55,365 nt of DNA, from the IMG/VR virus record IMGVR_UViG_3300001041_000010, one strand, 5' to 3'. Shown one piece after another: positions 1-9,552 of this stretch (positions are counted from its first letter, which is position 1; each line of letters opens with the position of its first letter). Both the position numbers and the translations under genes were made by a program. The notes beneath the pieces were generated by a model. The model was given only the letters and a program-made list of their open reading frames with translations. It searched no databases and had not been told where the DNA came from. This DNA comes from an uncultured virus (IMG/VR IMGVR_UViG_3300001041_000010). Taxonomy: Duplodnaviria; Heunggongvirae; Uroviricota; Caudoviricetes.

Positions 1-2850
1 AATTAAATTCGTCATAACCTTCTTGTTCACCGTTTTCTTATTAACGCGACTAAAGAAGTCCGTGAAGTCCGTGTAAGGTCTCGTGTCTTTAATGACATTA
101 ACAATGGCTTCTCCAACTCCACCAATTGTCACTAAGCCAAACCGAATGTTGGGCCCTTCGATAGTAAACCCTACGTCCGATAGATTAATATCCGGCGGAA
201 GCATATCAATACCAATACGTCGACATTCCTGAACATTCGCAACGGTACTATCCTTATTACCAGCCTCCATAGAAAGCTGAGATGTCATAAATTCCGTAGC
301 GTAATGAGTCTTTAACCATGCCGTCTGGTATGTAATTTCTGCATAACATCCAGCGTGTGGTCTGTTAAAACCATAACCGGCAAAGACCTTAATCTGATCG
401 AATAAATGATTCAAGAACTCTTCAGTATAGTTTAAGCTTAATCCTCCGACTAGGTTCTTACTGGTATTGCCATGTAAGAATTCAGGTCGTAATGCTTCAA
501 CTTCATCGACCTTTTTCTTACCCATGACTCGACGAATACTATCGGCACCACCTAATGTATAGCCTGCGAATTGTCGAACTGCTTGAATGATTTGCTCTTG
601 ATAAATAAACACGCCGCTACCCTGCATTAAAATAGGTTCTAAGTCAGGATGTTCAAAGGTAAGCTTAGCACCATGTCGATTCTCAACATATTGTTCAACC
701 ATGGTTAGTCCATTATCTAACTTAGCATCAATAGGCCCTGGCCTATATAGAGCTAATAAGTCAATGATAATATCAAAGGTATCAGGTTTAACATCCTTAA
801 CAAGCCGTGTCATACCGCCGGATTCTAACTGAAAGATTGAGTGAGTATGACCATCTTGAAGAGTCTTATAAGTTGCTGGATCATCAAGTTCAATTTCATC
901 AATGTCAATATCGACACCATGAATCGCTTTAATACTAATCAATGTTTTATCGATTGTTGTTAGTGTCTTAAGGCCTAACACATCAAGCTTTAGTGCGCCA
1001 ACATAATCCAGAGCGGACATATCCCATGCAGCAACCGGAAGAACTGCAGTGTCTGATGCGCTCATGAGTGGAATGTAATCCGTCACAGGGCCTGGCGTAA
1101 TCACAACTCCGGCAGCATGAATACCACGCTGTCGAATGACACCCTCTAAACGTTTCGCATCATGCATAACTTCGGGATAGTTATTAAGCTTAGTCACAAA
1201 GGCCTTGACATCTTTAACAAAGTTCTCACCATAACGTTCTTTAGACTTATCGGTTGTGTCATCTGCAATACCAAAGAGTTTATCTAATGTAACGTCTGAT
1301 TGGTCTGGCATCTTATCTGGTATAAGCTTTGCTAAAGCATCCGTGTCAGCGAAACCGTAATCACGAACTCGCATAACGTCACGAATGGCTGACTTCACAC
1401 CGATTCTACCGAAGGTTGCAATCTGAGCAACATGATCTCTGCCATATTTTTGCATGAGATAGTCAATCATTTCACCGCGGCGCTCATAATCCCAGTCCAT
1501 ATCAATGTCTGGCATGGATTCACGTTCTGGATTTAAGAACCGTTCAAACATAAAACCATGTCTAATGGGATCCATCTTGGTGATCTTCAAACAGTTCGAT
1601 AGTAAGCTACCTGCAGCCGATCCACGGCCTGGGCCATAGCGAATCTTACGTCGTGTTGCTTCGGCACACATGTCCTCTAAGATTAAAAAGTAACTTGCAT
1701 ACCCCTTAGGATTAATAACACCTAGTTCCATGTCAAGTCTCTTAATATAAGTCTCGGGACTATCATAGCATTTCTCACGTTCCATGATATCTATGAGTCC
1801 TTCATATGATTGACGCTTAAGCCATGTCTCAGGACTATAGCCCTCAGGCACCGGAAACTCTGGCATAAGTCGTTGACCTAACTTAGGTTTAAAATTACAC
1901 TTAGCAGTAATACGTACCGTATTGTCAATAGCATAACTATAATACGATTCATACGTAGAGTCCTGAGCCCACGCGTCCATCTCATCGCCATCGCAAAGGT
2001 AATAGTCCGGCCCGCCAGGGAAACGCCAACGAGTTGGATCGTCTTTAAGCTTATTGATCTGAATACAGAGTAATGTATCGTGAACATCAGCATCCGTATC
2101 ATAGATATAGTGAACGTCCTTGGTCGCTACGAGTGGTACGCCATTCGTTTTGTGCATCTCAATAAGCCAAGTGTTAACAACCTTTTGTTCCATGGTTGAA
2201 TTACTTTGAAGCTCCATGTAAACTTCATCGAAGATCGATTGTAGTCGTTCAATAAATTCATTGGCTTCGTTGATTTCACCTTTAAGTACATGCTGCGGTA
2301 CCCGACCACCAATACATGCTGTTGAACAAATTAATCCCTTGCCTAGACCGTGGGCTTCGATAAAATCTAAGTCCGTACGTTCTTTACGGTCAAAGTAACC
2401 TGTCGTACTAGCATCGGATATGATCTTCATTAGGTTCTTAAATCCTGTCTCGTCTTTAATCCAGACAATTAAGTGGTAGTTATCATAACCAAGATCTGCC
2501 ATATCATTACGAGAATGAATTCGACGATCCTCAGTCTCTTCTAATTCACAACCATAAATAACTTTGAAATCCTGGAAACCTTGGGCTTTAGCAGTATTAA
2601 AATCTCCACCGCAACAGCTTAAAGGCTTACCTCCCTTAGGTTCCTCAAGCCATACGCCACAAAACGGACACTTCTTCCATTTCTTAGCTTCGTTATGAAT
2701 TTCAATATAGCCGCAAAGATTTCGATGGTCTGTGATAGCTACAGCATTCTGGCCCATCTCACATGCTCTCTTAATGAGTTCTTTAATCTTAGCTGCTCCA
2801 TCCAAAATGGAAAATTCTGTATGAACATGGAGATGTACGAAATCTCTAAT
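1..2850 (-). CDS. dnaE: DNA polymerase III alpha subunit (3' end runs off the window)
   Basis: Translated by hand in part: IRDFVHLHVHTEFSILDGAAKI (PHP), AITDH, GPGRGSAAGS, FERFLNPERESMPDIDMD, KLDVLGLKTL, FAGYGFNRPHAGCYA. RBS TAAGGAGGTGA precedes an ATT start. Absent from the ORF track, presumably because it has no stop in the window. Confidence 0.97.
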   Translation of the reverse strand, partial: MRDFVHLHVHTEFSILDGAAKIKELIKRACEMGQNAVAITDHRNLCGYIEIHNEAKKWKKCPFCGVWLEEPKGGKPLSCCGGDFNTAKAQGFQDFKVIYGCELEETEDRRIHSRNDMADLGYDNYHLIVWIKDETGFKNLMKIISDASTTGYFDRKERTDLDFIEAHGLGKGLICSTACIGGRVPQHVLKGEINEANEFIERLQSIFDEVYMELQSNSTMEQKVVNTWLIEMHKTNGVPLVATKDVHYIYDTDADVHDTLLCIQINKLKDDPTRWRFPGGPDYYLCDGDEMDAWAQDSTYESYYSYAIDNTVRITAKCNFKPKLGQRLMPEFPVPEGYSPETWLKRQSYEGLIDIMEREKCYDSPETYIKRLDMELGVINPKGYASYFLILEDMCAEATRRKIRYGPGRGSAAGSLLSNCLKITKMDPIRHGFMFERFLNPERESMPDIDMDWDYERRGEMIDYLMQKYGRDHVAQIATFGRIGVKSAIRDVMRVRDYGFADTDALAKLIPDKMPDQSDVTLDKLFGIADDTTDKSKERYGENFVKDVKAFVTKLNNYPEVMHDAKRLEGVIRQRGIHAAGVVITPGPVTDYIPLMSASDTAVLPVAAWDMSALDYVGALKLDVLGLKTLTTIDKTLISIKAIHGVDIDIDEIELDDPATYKTLQDGHTHSIFQLESGGMTRLVKDVKPDTFDIIIDLLALYRPGPIDAKLDNGLTMVEQYVENRHGAKLTFEHPDLEPILMQGSGVFIYQEQIIQAVRQFAGYTLGGADSIRRVMGKKKVDEVEALRPEFLHGNTSKNLVGGLSLNYTEEFLNHLFDQIKVFAGYGFNRPHAGCYAEITYQTAWLKTHYATEFMTSQLSMEAGNKDSTVANVQECRRIGIDMLPPDINLSDVGFTIEGPNIRFGLVTIGGVGEAIVNVIKDTRPYTDFTDFFSRVNKKTVNKKVMTNLI

Positions 2851-2864
2851 AATTAATCACCTCC

Positions 2865-3125
2865 TTAATCTGGTATTACGATCTCGGCAATTTTACTTTT
2901 GCCCATTTCGTAAAGTTGTTCTTCACTAAGTAAAACAGTCTTAGTTTGATCAGCAAACCATTGTAGGATTTCATCAGAACCAAGTTCTATTGGCTCTAAG
3001 GCAGGTCCCTTATCAGCAGTAAACGTAAGTAAAGTAGATGCAGGATAAATACTACCATTCTTATTGGGATAACTTCCACTTAGTGGTGGTCCATGACCTT
3101 CAGAGTTTGATAATTTATATCCCAT
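2865..3125 (-). CDS. hypothetical protein with shared C-terminal tag (LYEMGKSKIAEIVIPD)
   Basis: ORF track; start moved to ATG GGA TAT after AAAGG. Confidence 0.7.
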   Translation of the reverse strand: MGYKLSNSEGHGPPLSGSYPNKNGSIYPASTLLTFTADKGPALEPIELGSDEILQWFADQTKTVLLSEEQLYEMGKSKIAEIVIPD

Positions 3126-3513
3126 TGCATGCCGCCTTTCTTTTAGCCAGATAGGTTCGCAGGTCCATAGTTCCCTTATCATTATTACACCGCTTACAAC
3201 AACAGGCATAATTATCTAAGGAATCGCGCCCTCGTCCAGAATAGTCTGCTCGGCAAACAATATGATCGACTGTAACTTCTGGATCATTAGGGTCTAAGCG
3301 AGCATGACAAATATAACAAGTATAATTATCACGAATCAATGCCTCTTGTCTCATACGCTTCTTGTCTTCTTTAGTAACGAGAAGTCTGATAGCATTGCTA
3401 TTAATCCACTCAGCACCTTGACGGCGAACTAATTGATTAGCGATCATCTTCCGACAGGGTTTCAGAAGTTTGCCTGTGGGATGATACACATCAATTATTG
3501 CTGCTTCTTTCAT
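3115..3513 (-). CDS. HNH endonuclease with N-terminal PLMP/RRXRR-like segment (IshB-like)
   Basis: RDNYTCYIC..TVDHIV..NYACCCKRCNNDKG is an HNH motif; N-terminal VYHPTGKLLKPCRKMIANQLVRRQGA resembles the PLMP domain. Confidence 0.8.
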   Translation of the reverse strand: MKEAAIIDVYHPTGKLLKPCRKMIANQLVRRQGAEWINSNAIRLLVTKEDKKRMRQEALIRDNYTCYICHARLDPNDPEVTVDHIVCRADYSGRGRDSLDNYACCCKRCNNDKGTMDLRTYLAKRKAACNGI

Positions 3514-3515
3514 GT

Positions 3516-3719
3516 TTAGTCCTCCGGAATAGAGATGTTAAGAATACGTTGTCTACCCTTCTCATGAAGTAATTCTTGATCAGTATAACTTATAGTTTCA
3601 TAACTACATCCTGGGCAAATTAGCCATAGATCACCATAATGATCGATTGTATAATGATAATAAACAACATACCTCCATTGACAATTAGGGCACTCAACTT
3701 CTACATTAAATCGCTTCAC
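3516..3719 (-). CDS. small zinc-ribbon protein with shared C-terminal tag
   Basis: CPNC..CPGC; ends LHEKGRQRILNISIPED; probable GTG start, uncertain. Confidence 0.7.
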   Translation of the reverse strand: MKRFNVEVECPNCQWRYVVYYHYTIDHYGDLWLICPGCSYETISYTDQELLHEKGRQRILNISIPED

Positions 3720-4377
3720 CAATCTCAGCTTCTTTAGACTTTGACTTGTCATAGTATTTACCGGCAAGCTTAATGGCAATTACTTCTTGTTCGGCGTCAA
3801 ACTTAGCAATCATTTCTGCTGTAGGATACGTATCAATTAATTCATTACGACGCCAAACATAAGAATCCTTACGAGGCTTTGATAAGTCAACAAAACTATA
3901 TGAAACGTCACGATCTTGAAGACCTAACTCTTTATTGAGTTGTAGTTCTAAGAATTGTTCTTCAGTGATGCGAGTAACAACATCGTAACCATGGTGAGAC
4001 ACGCGATAAGCAGTAACTAATACTACCATAGGAATGACATGGATGTCTTCAACATATCGTTGACAACTAACAAACATAATATCTTTGTAAAGTACAACAC
4101 TTTCCTGACCACCGACACCGTCCCATCCTTTAAGGGATTTGCTCGGATCAATGTCTCGACTTGTGTTTCGTTCTATTATGCTTGTTGGTCTTGATATGTC
4201 CGTGGGAAGTCTTGGTCTTACTAAATCCTTTTTTAAGGACTTCCTAATCTCCTTTTCTTTGGCGAGCGCTTCTTCAGGCGTTACTTGAGCCATACCGTGT
4301 TTCTTAGCAACAACATTAGCAGCATCGATAATCTCAAGAACTGATGTGCTCGGTACCTGCGGAGTCTTCTTGCTCAT
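3706..4377 (-). CDS. hypothetical protein
   Basis: 223-aa ORF with GGAGG RBS, packed between neighbours. Confidence 0.75.
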   Translation of the reverse strand: MSKKTPQVPSTSVLEIIDAANVVAKKHGMAQVTPEEALAKEKEIRKSLKKDLVRPRLPTDISRPTSIIERNTSRDIDPSKSLKGWDGVGGQESVVLYKDIMFVSCQRYVEDIHVIPMVVLVTAYRVSHHGYDVVTRITEEQFLELQLNKELGLQDRDVSYSFVDLSKPRKDSYVWRRNELIDTYPTAEMIAKFDAEQEVIAIKLAGKYYDKSKSKEAEIGEAI

Positions 4378-4912
4378 CTGGATCTTCCTCCTTTGTCATA
4401 TCCTTAAAGAGCTTAACGTACCACTGATTAGCAATCACATCGTCTGTAATAGCTTTGAGTTCATCTTCGGATTCAATGACGCTCCACCAGGAACTCTGAC
4501 CATAAATAACTTCTTTGAGTTCTGGCACAAACATCGCAGGATTATGCATTCGGTTAATACTTAAGACTAATGTCTCAGGATGATGAGAAATTATAAGCCC
4601 TATATCTACTTCGCCGAGTAAGATTCCCAAGTAAGTTTTACCACCATATTCTTCACCACAAGGTCGTACACCGACTAAGCATCCTACTTTACGAGAATAA
4701 AGACCTGGAACAATAGCAGCTTCTTTAGGCTGTTCAATGGCGCTTATAGTTAATGGATACTCGATATATCGTGATTTAAAGCCGTCACATTCGACTTCGA
4801 ATTCATCGTCTTCAACCTGTGATAGGTCTTGTTTGTTTAGTTTACATGCAAAAACTGTTTTACCAAAACTCTTTCCAAATCCACGATATTTACAGCGGCT
4901 ACACTTATGCAT
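4334..4912 (-). CDS. hypothetical phage protein with Cys-rich N-terminus
   Basis: 192-aa ORF, AGGAGG RBS. Confidence 0.75.
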   Translation of the reverse strand: MHKCSRCKYRGFGKSFGKTVFACKLNKQDLSQVEDDEFEVECDGFKSRYIEYPLTISAIEQPKEAAIVPGLYSRKVGCLVGVRPCGEEYGGKTYLGILLGEVDIGLIISHHPETLVLSINRMHNPAMFVPELKEVIYGQSSWWSVIESEDELKAITDDVIANQWYVKLFKDMTKEEDPDEQEDSAGTEHISS

Positions 4913-4914
4913 AA

Positions 4915-5100
4915 TTAATCCTCCTTAATAATATCTTCAAGTAATTTTCTACCACGGTCATGTAAGAAATCTTCATAAGCCTTACTTACAAGCCATCTAG
5001 TATTACAATGGAAGCACCTGATATTACCTCCACGTTTTAATGATCCCATAGATACATAGTGTAATAAATTACACTCAGGACAATGCGACGTAAACATCAT
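4915..5100 (-). CDS. small zinc-ribbon protein with shared C-terminal tag
   Basis: MMFTSHCPEC..RCFHCNTRW..LHDRGRKLLEDII; GAAGGAG RBS. Confidence 0.75.
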   Translation of the reverse strand: MMFTSHCPECNLLHYVSMGSLKRGGNIRCFHCNTRWLVSKAYEDFLHDRGRKLLEDIIKED

Positions 5101-5314
5101 CTTCTCCTTCAAATACTGGTATTTTAATTTCTTGAATATATTTTCGACCTTGAATGTATTGAGATCGTTCAGATTGATCTGTATAATAAATACGCTCAGT
5201 CCAACAATGATCGCATGAAGAACAATGTAATTTAAGATTTGTAAAGGCAACAAGAACAACATTAAAATGACATCGATGATTACACTCAGGACAACGAATT
5301 TTAAATAGGTTCAC
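5075..5314 (-). CDS. small zinc-ribbon protein with shared tag
   Basis: CPEC..CSSCDHCW..QGRKYIQEIKIP. Confidence 0.75.
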   Translation of the reverse strand: MNLFKIRCPECNHRCHFNVVLVAFTNLKLHCSSCDHCWTERIYYTDQSERSQYIQGRKYIQEIKIPVFEGEDDVYVALS

Positions 5315-5326
5315 TCACCAAACCTC

Positions 5327-5548
5327 CTAGTCTGGTATTACAATATCGTCAAGCATTCGGCGACCACGTTCATATAAATCTCGCTTCTCGGTTTCAGAAC
5401 CAGGTTCTGCTTTACCGATTAATTCTTTCTCGATCCATGTATAAGCGCATGCGGGACACTTTAGAGTAGCACCACGATACCAATTATGTTTTGATTCAAA
5501 TCTAACTCCTGCCTTACACACTGGACATAAGGTTTTGAATGTATACAC
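5327..5548 (-). CDS. small zinc-ribbon protein with shared C-terminal tag
   Basis: CPVC..CPACAYTW..LYERGRRMLDDIVIPD. Confidence 0.8.
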   Translation of the reverse strand: MYTFKTLCPVCKAGVRFESKHNWYRGATLKCPACAYTWIEKELIGKAEPGSETEKRDLYERGRRMLDDIVIPD

Positions 5549-5560
5549 TAATCAGACCTC

Positions 5561-5776
5561 CTAGTCTGGTATAACAATATCGTCGAAACACTTTTTACCT
5601 CGCTCATACAATGCCTTATCTGTTTGATTATCAGGAAGTCCTTCAATATTTTTCTCAGTCCAGAAATGACCACAGTTAGTACATCCTATAGATAGATCAT
5701 GATACACTAAAACATGAGTTGTGAAGGTATGAGTGTCTCCACATCTTGGGCAGGTAATTTTATAGTTGTTTGCCAA
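5561..5776 (-). CDS. small zinc-ribbon protein with shared C-terminal tag
   Basis: CPRC..CTNCGHFW..LYERGKKCFDDIVIPD. Confidence 0.8.
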   Translation of the reverse strand: MANNYKITCPRCGDTHTFTTHVLVYHDLSIGCTNCGHFWTEKNIEGLPDNQTDKALYERGKKCFDDIVIPD

Positions 5777-6016
5777 ATTTTAGACCTCCATTTGCACAAA
5801 ATCCTAATATTTGCTAAAATCCTGAAATCGGCCTGGATATATATGTGGATTTTTAGGCCCTTTAAGGCGATTTACTTAGATCGCCTCTTATGCCACCATT
5901 CATAAATTGCACGGCTAGGAACTACCCATATCCAGCAAACAAGAAAGAGCCCAGCCCACCAAAGGCAAACGAGTGGAAATCGCCATCCATCATTTTCAAT
6001 ACTGGGCCCATCTAAG

Positions 6017-6352
6017 TTAAACATCAGTATCCTCGTTTCTTTTACCAGCGGCTCCTAAGGTTAAATAACCAGGGTGACAAATACCATTTTCATCGGGTTC
6101 ACAAGCTTCCGGTACTTCAGCTATAACAAAACGATGACCACAAGAACAATCAATAGTGTAAACTTCGTTAATATTCCAGTCATCAAAAGCATCACCTAAT
6201 TTACTTTGCAAAAACCCACGAAGAGCCATAGGATCTAAAGACGTTCCAATAACCTTGATGTCTTCCCAATTATAGCCGGTCTTACAATTCATGCATTCTG
6301 TGTCTGTGTCATTTTCTTCTTCATCGATCACTACATTGACACTTTTGACCAT
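6017..6352 (-). CDS. hypothetical Cys-containing protein
   Basis: GAGGAG RBS; first gene after the promoter at ~6380. Confidence 0.7.
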   Translation of the reverse strand: MVKSVNVVIDEEENDTDTECMNCKTGYNWEDIKVIGTSLDPMALRGFLQSKLGDAFDDWNINEVYTIDCSCGHRFVIAEVPEACEPDENGICHPGYLTLGAAGKRNEDTDV

Positions 6353-6371
6353 TTAAATCACTCCTCATTAC

Positions 6372-6396
6372 ATATTATATCACAATTTGTAACAAA
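6372..6396 (-). promoter_or_regulatory. phage promoter: TGTTACA box plus extended -10 (TTGTTACAAATTGTGATATAAT)
   Basis: Same motif recurs upstream of transcription units at ~11850, 15490, 23900, 28360 and 36055. Confidence 0.75.
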
Positions 6397-6398
6397 AA

Positions 6399-6426
6399 TA
6401 CACCGACCCACAAAGAGGTCGGTGTA
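6399..6426 (-). terminator. probable intrinsic terminator hairpin (TACACCGACC..GGTCGGTGTA then T-tract)
   Basis: 10-bp inverted repeat followed by T5 on the minus strand, just upstream of the promoter. Confidence 0.65.
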
Positions 6427-6599
6427 TTGCCGTTACGGTAATATTGATTTAAGTAATTGTTTTAATAAAGCACTAAGAAGCTCTGGAGCTATTTCATATA
6501 GGCTAAATCGTACAATACCGCTAAAATCAATATTCCGCGAAGTACATTTTAGTTTCTTAATTTCAACACTTTGCCTAATAGTAGGCTTATCGCAACACA

Positions 6600-6881
6600 T
6601 TAGAGAATAGCCAGGATATCTCGTTCGTTAATTATCCAACAGTCTTTTTCATAAGCTTCGATAGGAACGCCCGTAAATTTAGCGAAGACCACTCGATCTC
6701 CAATTTGAACATCCATTGGAATTAATGCACCTTCTTCAGTACGAGTACCATTACCGATAGCCGTTACAACGCCTATACGGTGTGGATCGTCTTTATGGTC
6801 GACTCCAACTAAGATAATCCCAGATTCTGTTGTTTCTTCTGAATCGACCTTAACAGCAAGTCGAGCACCTAATAATTTCAT
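6600..6881 (-). CDS. groES: co-chaperonin GroES
   Basis: EETTESGIIL, GVVTAIGNG, PMDVQIGDRVVFAKFTG, INERDILAIL. Confidence 0.93.
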   Translation of the reverse strand: MKLLGARLAVKVDSEETTESGIILVGVDHKDDPHRIGVVTAIGNGTRTEEGALIPMDVQIGDRVVFAKFTGVPIEAYEKDCWIINERDILAIL

Positions 6882-6895
6882 TAAGTATGCCTCCA

Positions 6896-7924
6896 TTATG
6901 CAATGTTATTTAGTTTCTCAATCATCATGGGAAGTAGCTCATCAATGGCTATTCGCTTAATTCCGGAAATACCGGTATTTGGAGCGTAAACCATAGGAAT
7001 TTTATGGATCTTAACAAGCTCCTTAACCAAGTTAGATGTATGATGACTAATTGATGTCCAAACGTGAACTAATCCGTTAACTCGGCGCAAAACATTGATG
7101 ATTTCATCTTTATCAGCTTTAGGGTCGATATACTCAAACTCCGCTCCTAAATCCGTTAAGACATCCCTGTAATTGGCTTCTTCTCCGTAACCTCCCACGA
7201 TGCCAACGGTGTACCCTTTTAATTGGCTTGTCGTAATATGAGGTAGTTTTGTTTGCGAGGTTTTCCTTTTGCTTACTTTGATCTGATTACTTAATAGTCC
7301 ATCGTTTGGATAAACTTTAATAATCTTACCTGGAGTATTCTTATTGTCAGTATAATAAGCCACACTGACAACAGATCCGACATTGACACTAAATTTCTCT
7401 ACGTCATGTTTACTTAAAAGTACTTCATCTCCATCAACGATTGCCGTATAGCCTACATTGTTTTGTTCAATAATACCTAATGCTTCAACACGGGTACACG
7501 GCAGGGCATTTTTCTCTACGATCGTAAAGACATAGCGAATTGTAAATCCATCAGAAAGCATACCTGCACGTTCTGCTTTAATTAAATCACCATTTTCAGC
7601 ATGAATTGCAGTAGTAATACTCTCGGGGATAAAAATAGAATTACCATCGATAACTAGTGAGCCGCCCGTTAATTTACGTTCAAATCGACCAATATTAGAG
7701 ATTTCTTCGATAGACTCTTCTATTGGAATAGACGGTTTATTACAGATTGTTTCAGGTTTAAAGGATCTCAGTAGATTTTCAATATCCATGAATTTCTCAA
7801 TTTTCTCAAAGTAAACGCTACGTTGATTCGAAAGACGCGCATCTTCTAGTGCTGATATCTGCATAAGCCGAAAGATATCAGCACTGTCTTGAAGCGTTTG
7901 GTGTTGCTGCATATTTAAGTTCAT
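6896..7924 (-). CDS. protein with C-terminal DUF2325-like domain
   Basis: C-terminal VGIVGG..NYRD..VWTSISHH..IPMVY pattern. Confidence 0.6.
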   Translation of the reverse strand: MNLNMQQHQTLQDSADIFRLMQISALEDARLSNQRSVYFEKIEKFMDIENLLRSFKPETICNKPSIPIEESIEEISNIGRFERKLTGGSLVIDGNSIFIPESITTAIHAENGDLIKAERAGMLSDGFTIRYVFTIVEKNALPCTRVEALGIIEQNNVGYTAIVDGDEVLLSKHDVEKFSVNVGSVVSVAYYTDNKNTPGKIIKVYPNDGLLSNQIKVSKRKTSQTKLPHITTSQLKGYTVGIVGGYGEEANYRDVLTDLGAEFEYIDPKADKDEIINVLRRVNGLVHVWTSISHHTSNLVKELVKIHKIPMVYAPNTGISGIKRIAIDELLPMMIEKLNNIA

Positions 7925-7957
7925 TTTCTCACCTCCTTTCAACAAGATTCGGTGAGA

Positions 7958-8674
7958 TTAGTTAGTAAACTGGTAATTTGGTGCTAATGTTTTAGCCATA
8001 GTAACAGCCGCAGTAAGATCATTCCAGAATTGCTTTTTGGCTAAAAGTTTAGCTTCTTTGGTTTGCTGTCTTAAGACATACTGAGGATGAAAGGTCGGCA
8101 TCACTTGAATTCCATCAATTTCTCGCCAATTACCTCGTTCTTGAGTAATCTTTAAATTCGGATCGTCGCTTAGATATCGCAATGATTCATTACCTAGTGT
8201 TAAGATTACTTTAGGCTTAATAATAGCGATTTCATTAAGTAAATGGATTCCACATGCTGCAAGATCATCTGAAATAGGCGATCGGCCCTCGGGTAAACGA
8301 CACTTAATAATATTTGTAAGTCGAACAAGTTTACGGTCAACACCGGCTTTAATTAAGGTAATTGTAAAGAACATACCAGACTCTCCAACCAATGGAAGAC
8401 CCATAAGATCTTCCACGGTCGAAGGTGCTTCTCCGATAATCATCAAAGGCGAATTAATTGGGCCTGATCCGGGTACTGGCCCGCGATTCTCTGATACTCG
8501 CAAGCTGCAAATTTTACAGCGATAAACATCAAGACTAAGCTTATTCTGATCATCAAAGTTATCGAAGACTTGACCCATCGCTTGGATAACATCAGAATCT
8601 TTAAATCCCTTATCAACTAAACGAGCTTCGACTCGACTTAATTCAGAATTTACTTTGTCGATGTATTTACTCAC
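7958..8674 (-). CDS. uracil-DNA glycosylase family 4
   Basis: CKICSL, LMIIGEAP, LTNIIKCRLPEGRSP, MPTFHPQY; GTG start overlaps the upstream TGA. Confidence 0.92.
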   Translation of the reverse strand: MSKYIDKVNSELSRVEARLVDKGFKDSDVIQAMGQVFDNFDDQNKLSLDVYRCKICSLRVSENRGPVPGSGPINSPLMIIGEAPSTVEDLMGLPLVGESGMFFTITLIKAGVDRKLVRLTNIIKCRLPEGRSPISDDLAACGIHLLNEIAIIKPKVILTLGNESLRYLSDDPNLKITQERGNWREIDGIQVMPTFHPQYVLRQQTKEAKLLAKKQFWNDLTAAVTMAKTLAPNYQFTN

Positions 8675-9051
8675 TGGCTTGCTCCCTTGACTTGTTTCTC
8701 GAGTTCTAATAATTTCCGGATCAGTTGTGCCTGACTCAAGTCCATCAGATCCGAGCGTTCCCCGGCTACTAGACAGGCAACGCATACAGGCTTTCCCTCG
8801 GCATTGTCCTCCAGATCACTAACTGGAATAAGTTCATTACATTCCGAACAATAATTTGCATCAAGTAGTTCAGAGGCTTTAACTGCGACATCGCAATCAG
8901 CACATTGGGTAATGACAAGTGATGAATCCTTGTTTTCCTTAGTGATATTTGGAGCTTCATCAGCCATAGAAATAACGGCTTGTTTCTGGATATATCCCTT
9001 AAAACTAGTACTGGTTTTACAATGTGGACATAATTTTGGCATATTAATCAC
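8671..9051 (-). CDS. multi-CxxC zinc-binding protein
   Basis: Four CxxC pairs. Confidence 0.7.
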   Translation of the reverse strand: MINMPKLCPHCKTSTSFKGYIQKQAVISMADEAPNITKENKDSSLVITQCADCDVAVKASELLDANYCSECNELIPVSDLEDNAEGKPVCVACLVAGERSDLMDLSQAQLIRKLLELEKQVKGASQ

Positions 9052-9294
9052 CCTCCTAAAATTACCGTTTCCTCTACGGCATTAACTCATAGCGTGGCTT
9101 GTCTTTCGGTTTTTCCATGCTGAAACATACTCTTCATTATCCCAGTAAGGATCTACAATTGGTTCTTCATTGTACCGTGGCCTGTTCCAGTAGCGATATC
9201 CGGCCGCTCCTGCAAGTAAGCCGGATATCGCTGTAATTAAGATTGTCAGCACTCATAAATCACCTCACAGCAACGTCCTATTAGGATTACTCCC

Positions 9295-9552
9295 CTAACT
9301 ATCTTCGTGATCAGCAGGCCATTTAGGATTAATGATTTTCATCATATCGCTGGTAATCTCAGAGAAAGCAATTGTACCATCAACAAGAATCGTAGCTACA
9401 ATACTTTGCAATGCGGCCTTATAATCTGAACTATCGGCAAAATAAAGACTTTGAGCTGCAATATGAAGTAAATGAACTTCTTGATCTGACAACTTATTAA
9501 CAGCAGCTTCTAGTTTGTCAAGTTGCTTACACTGTTCACACTGTCTCGCCAT
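9295..9552 (-). CDS. hypothetical protein
   Basis: ORF track; start at MARQCEQC after GGAGAG. Confidence 0.6.
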   Translation of the reverse strand: MARQCEQCKQLDKLEAAVNKLSDQEVHLLHIAAQSLYFADSSDYKAALQSIVATILVDGTIAFSEITSDMMKIINPKWPADHEDS

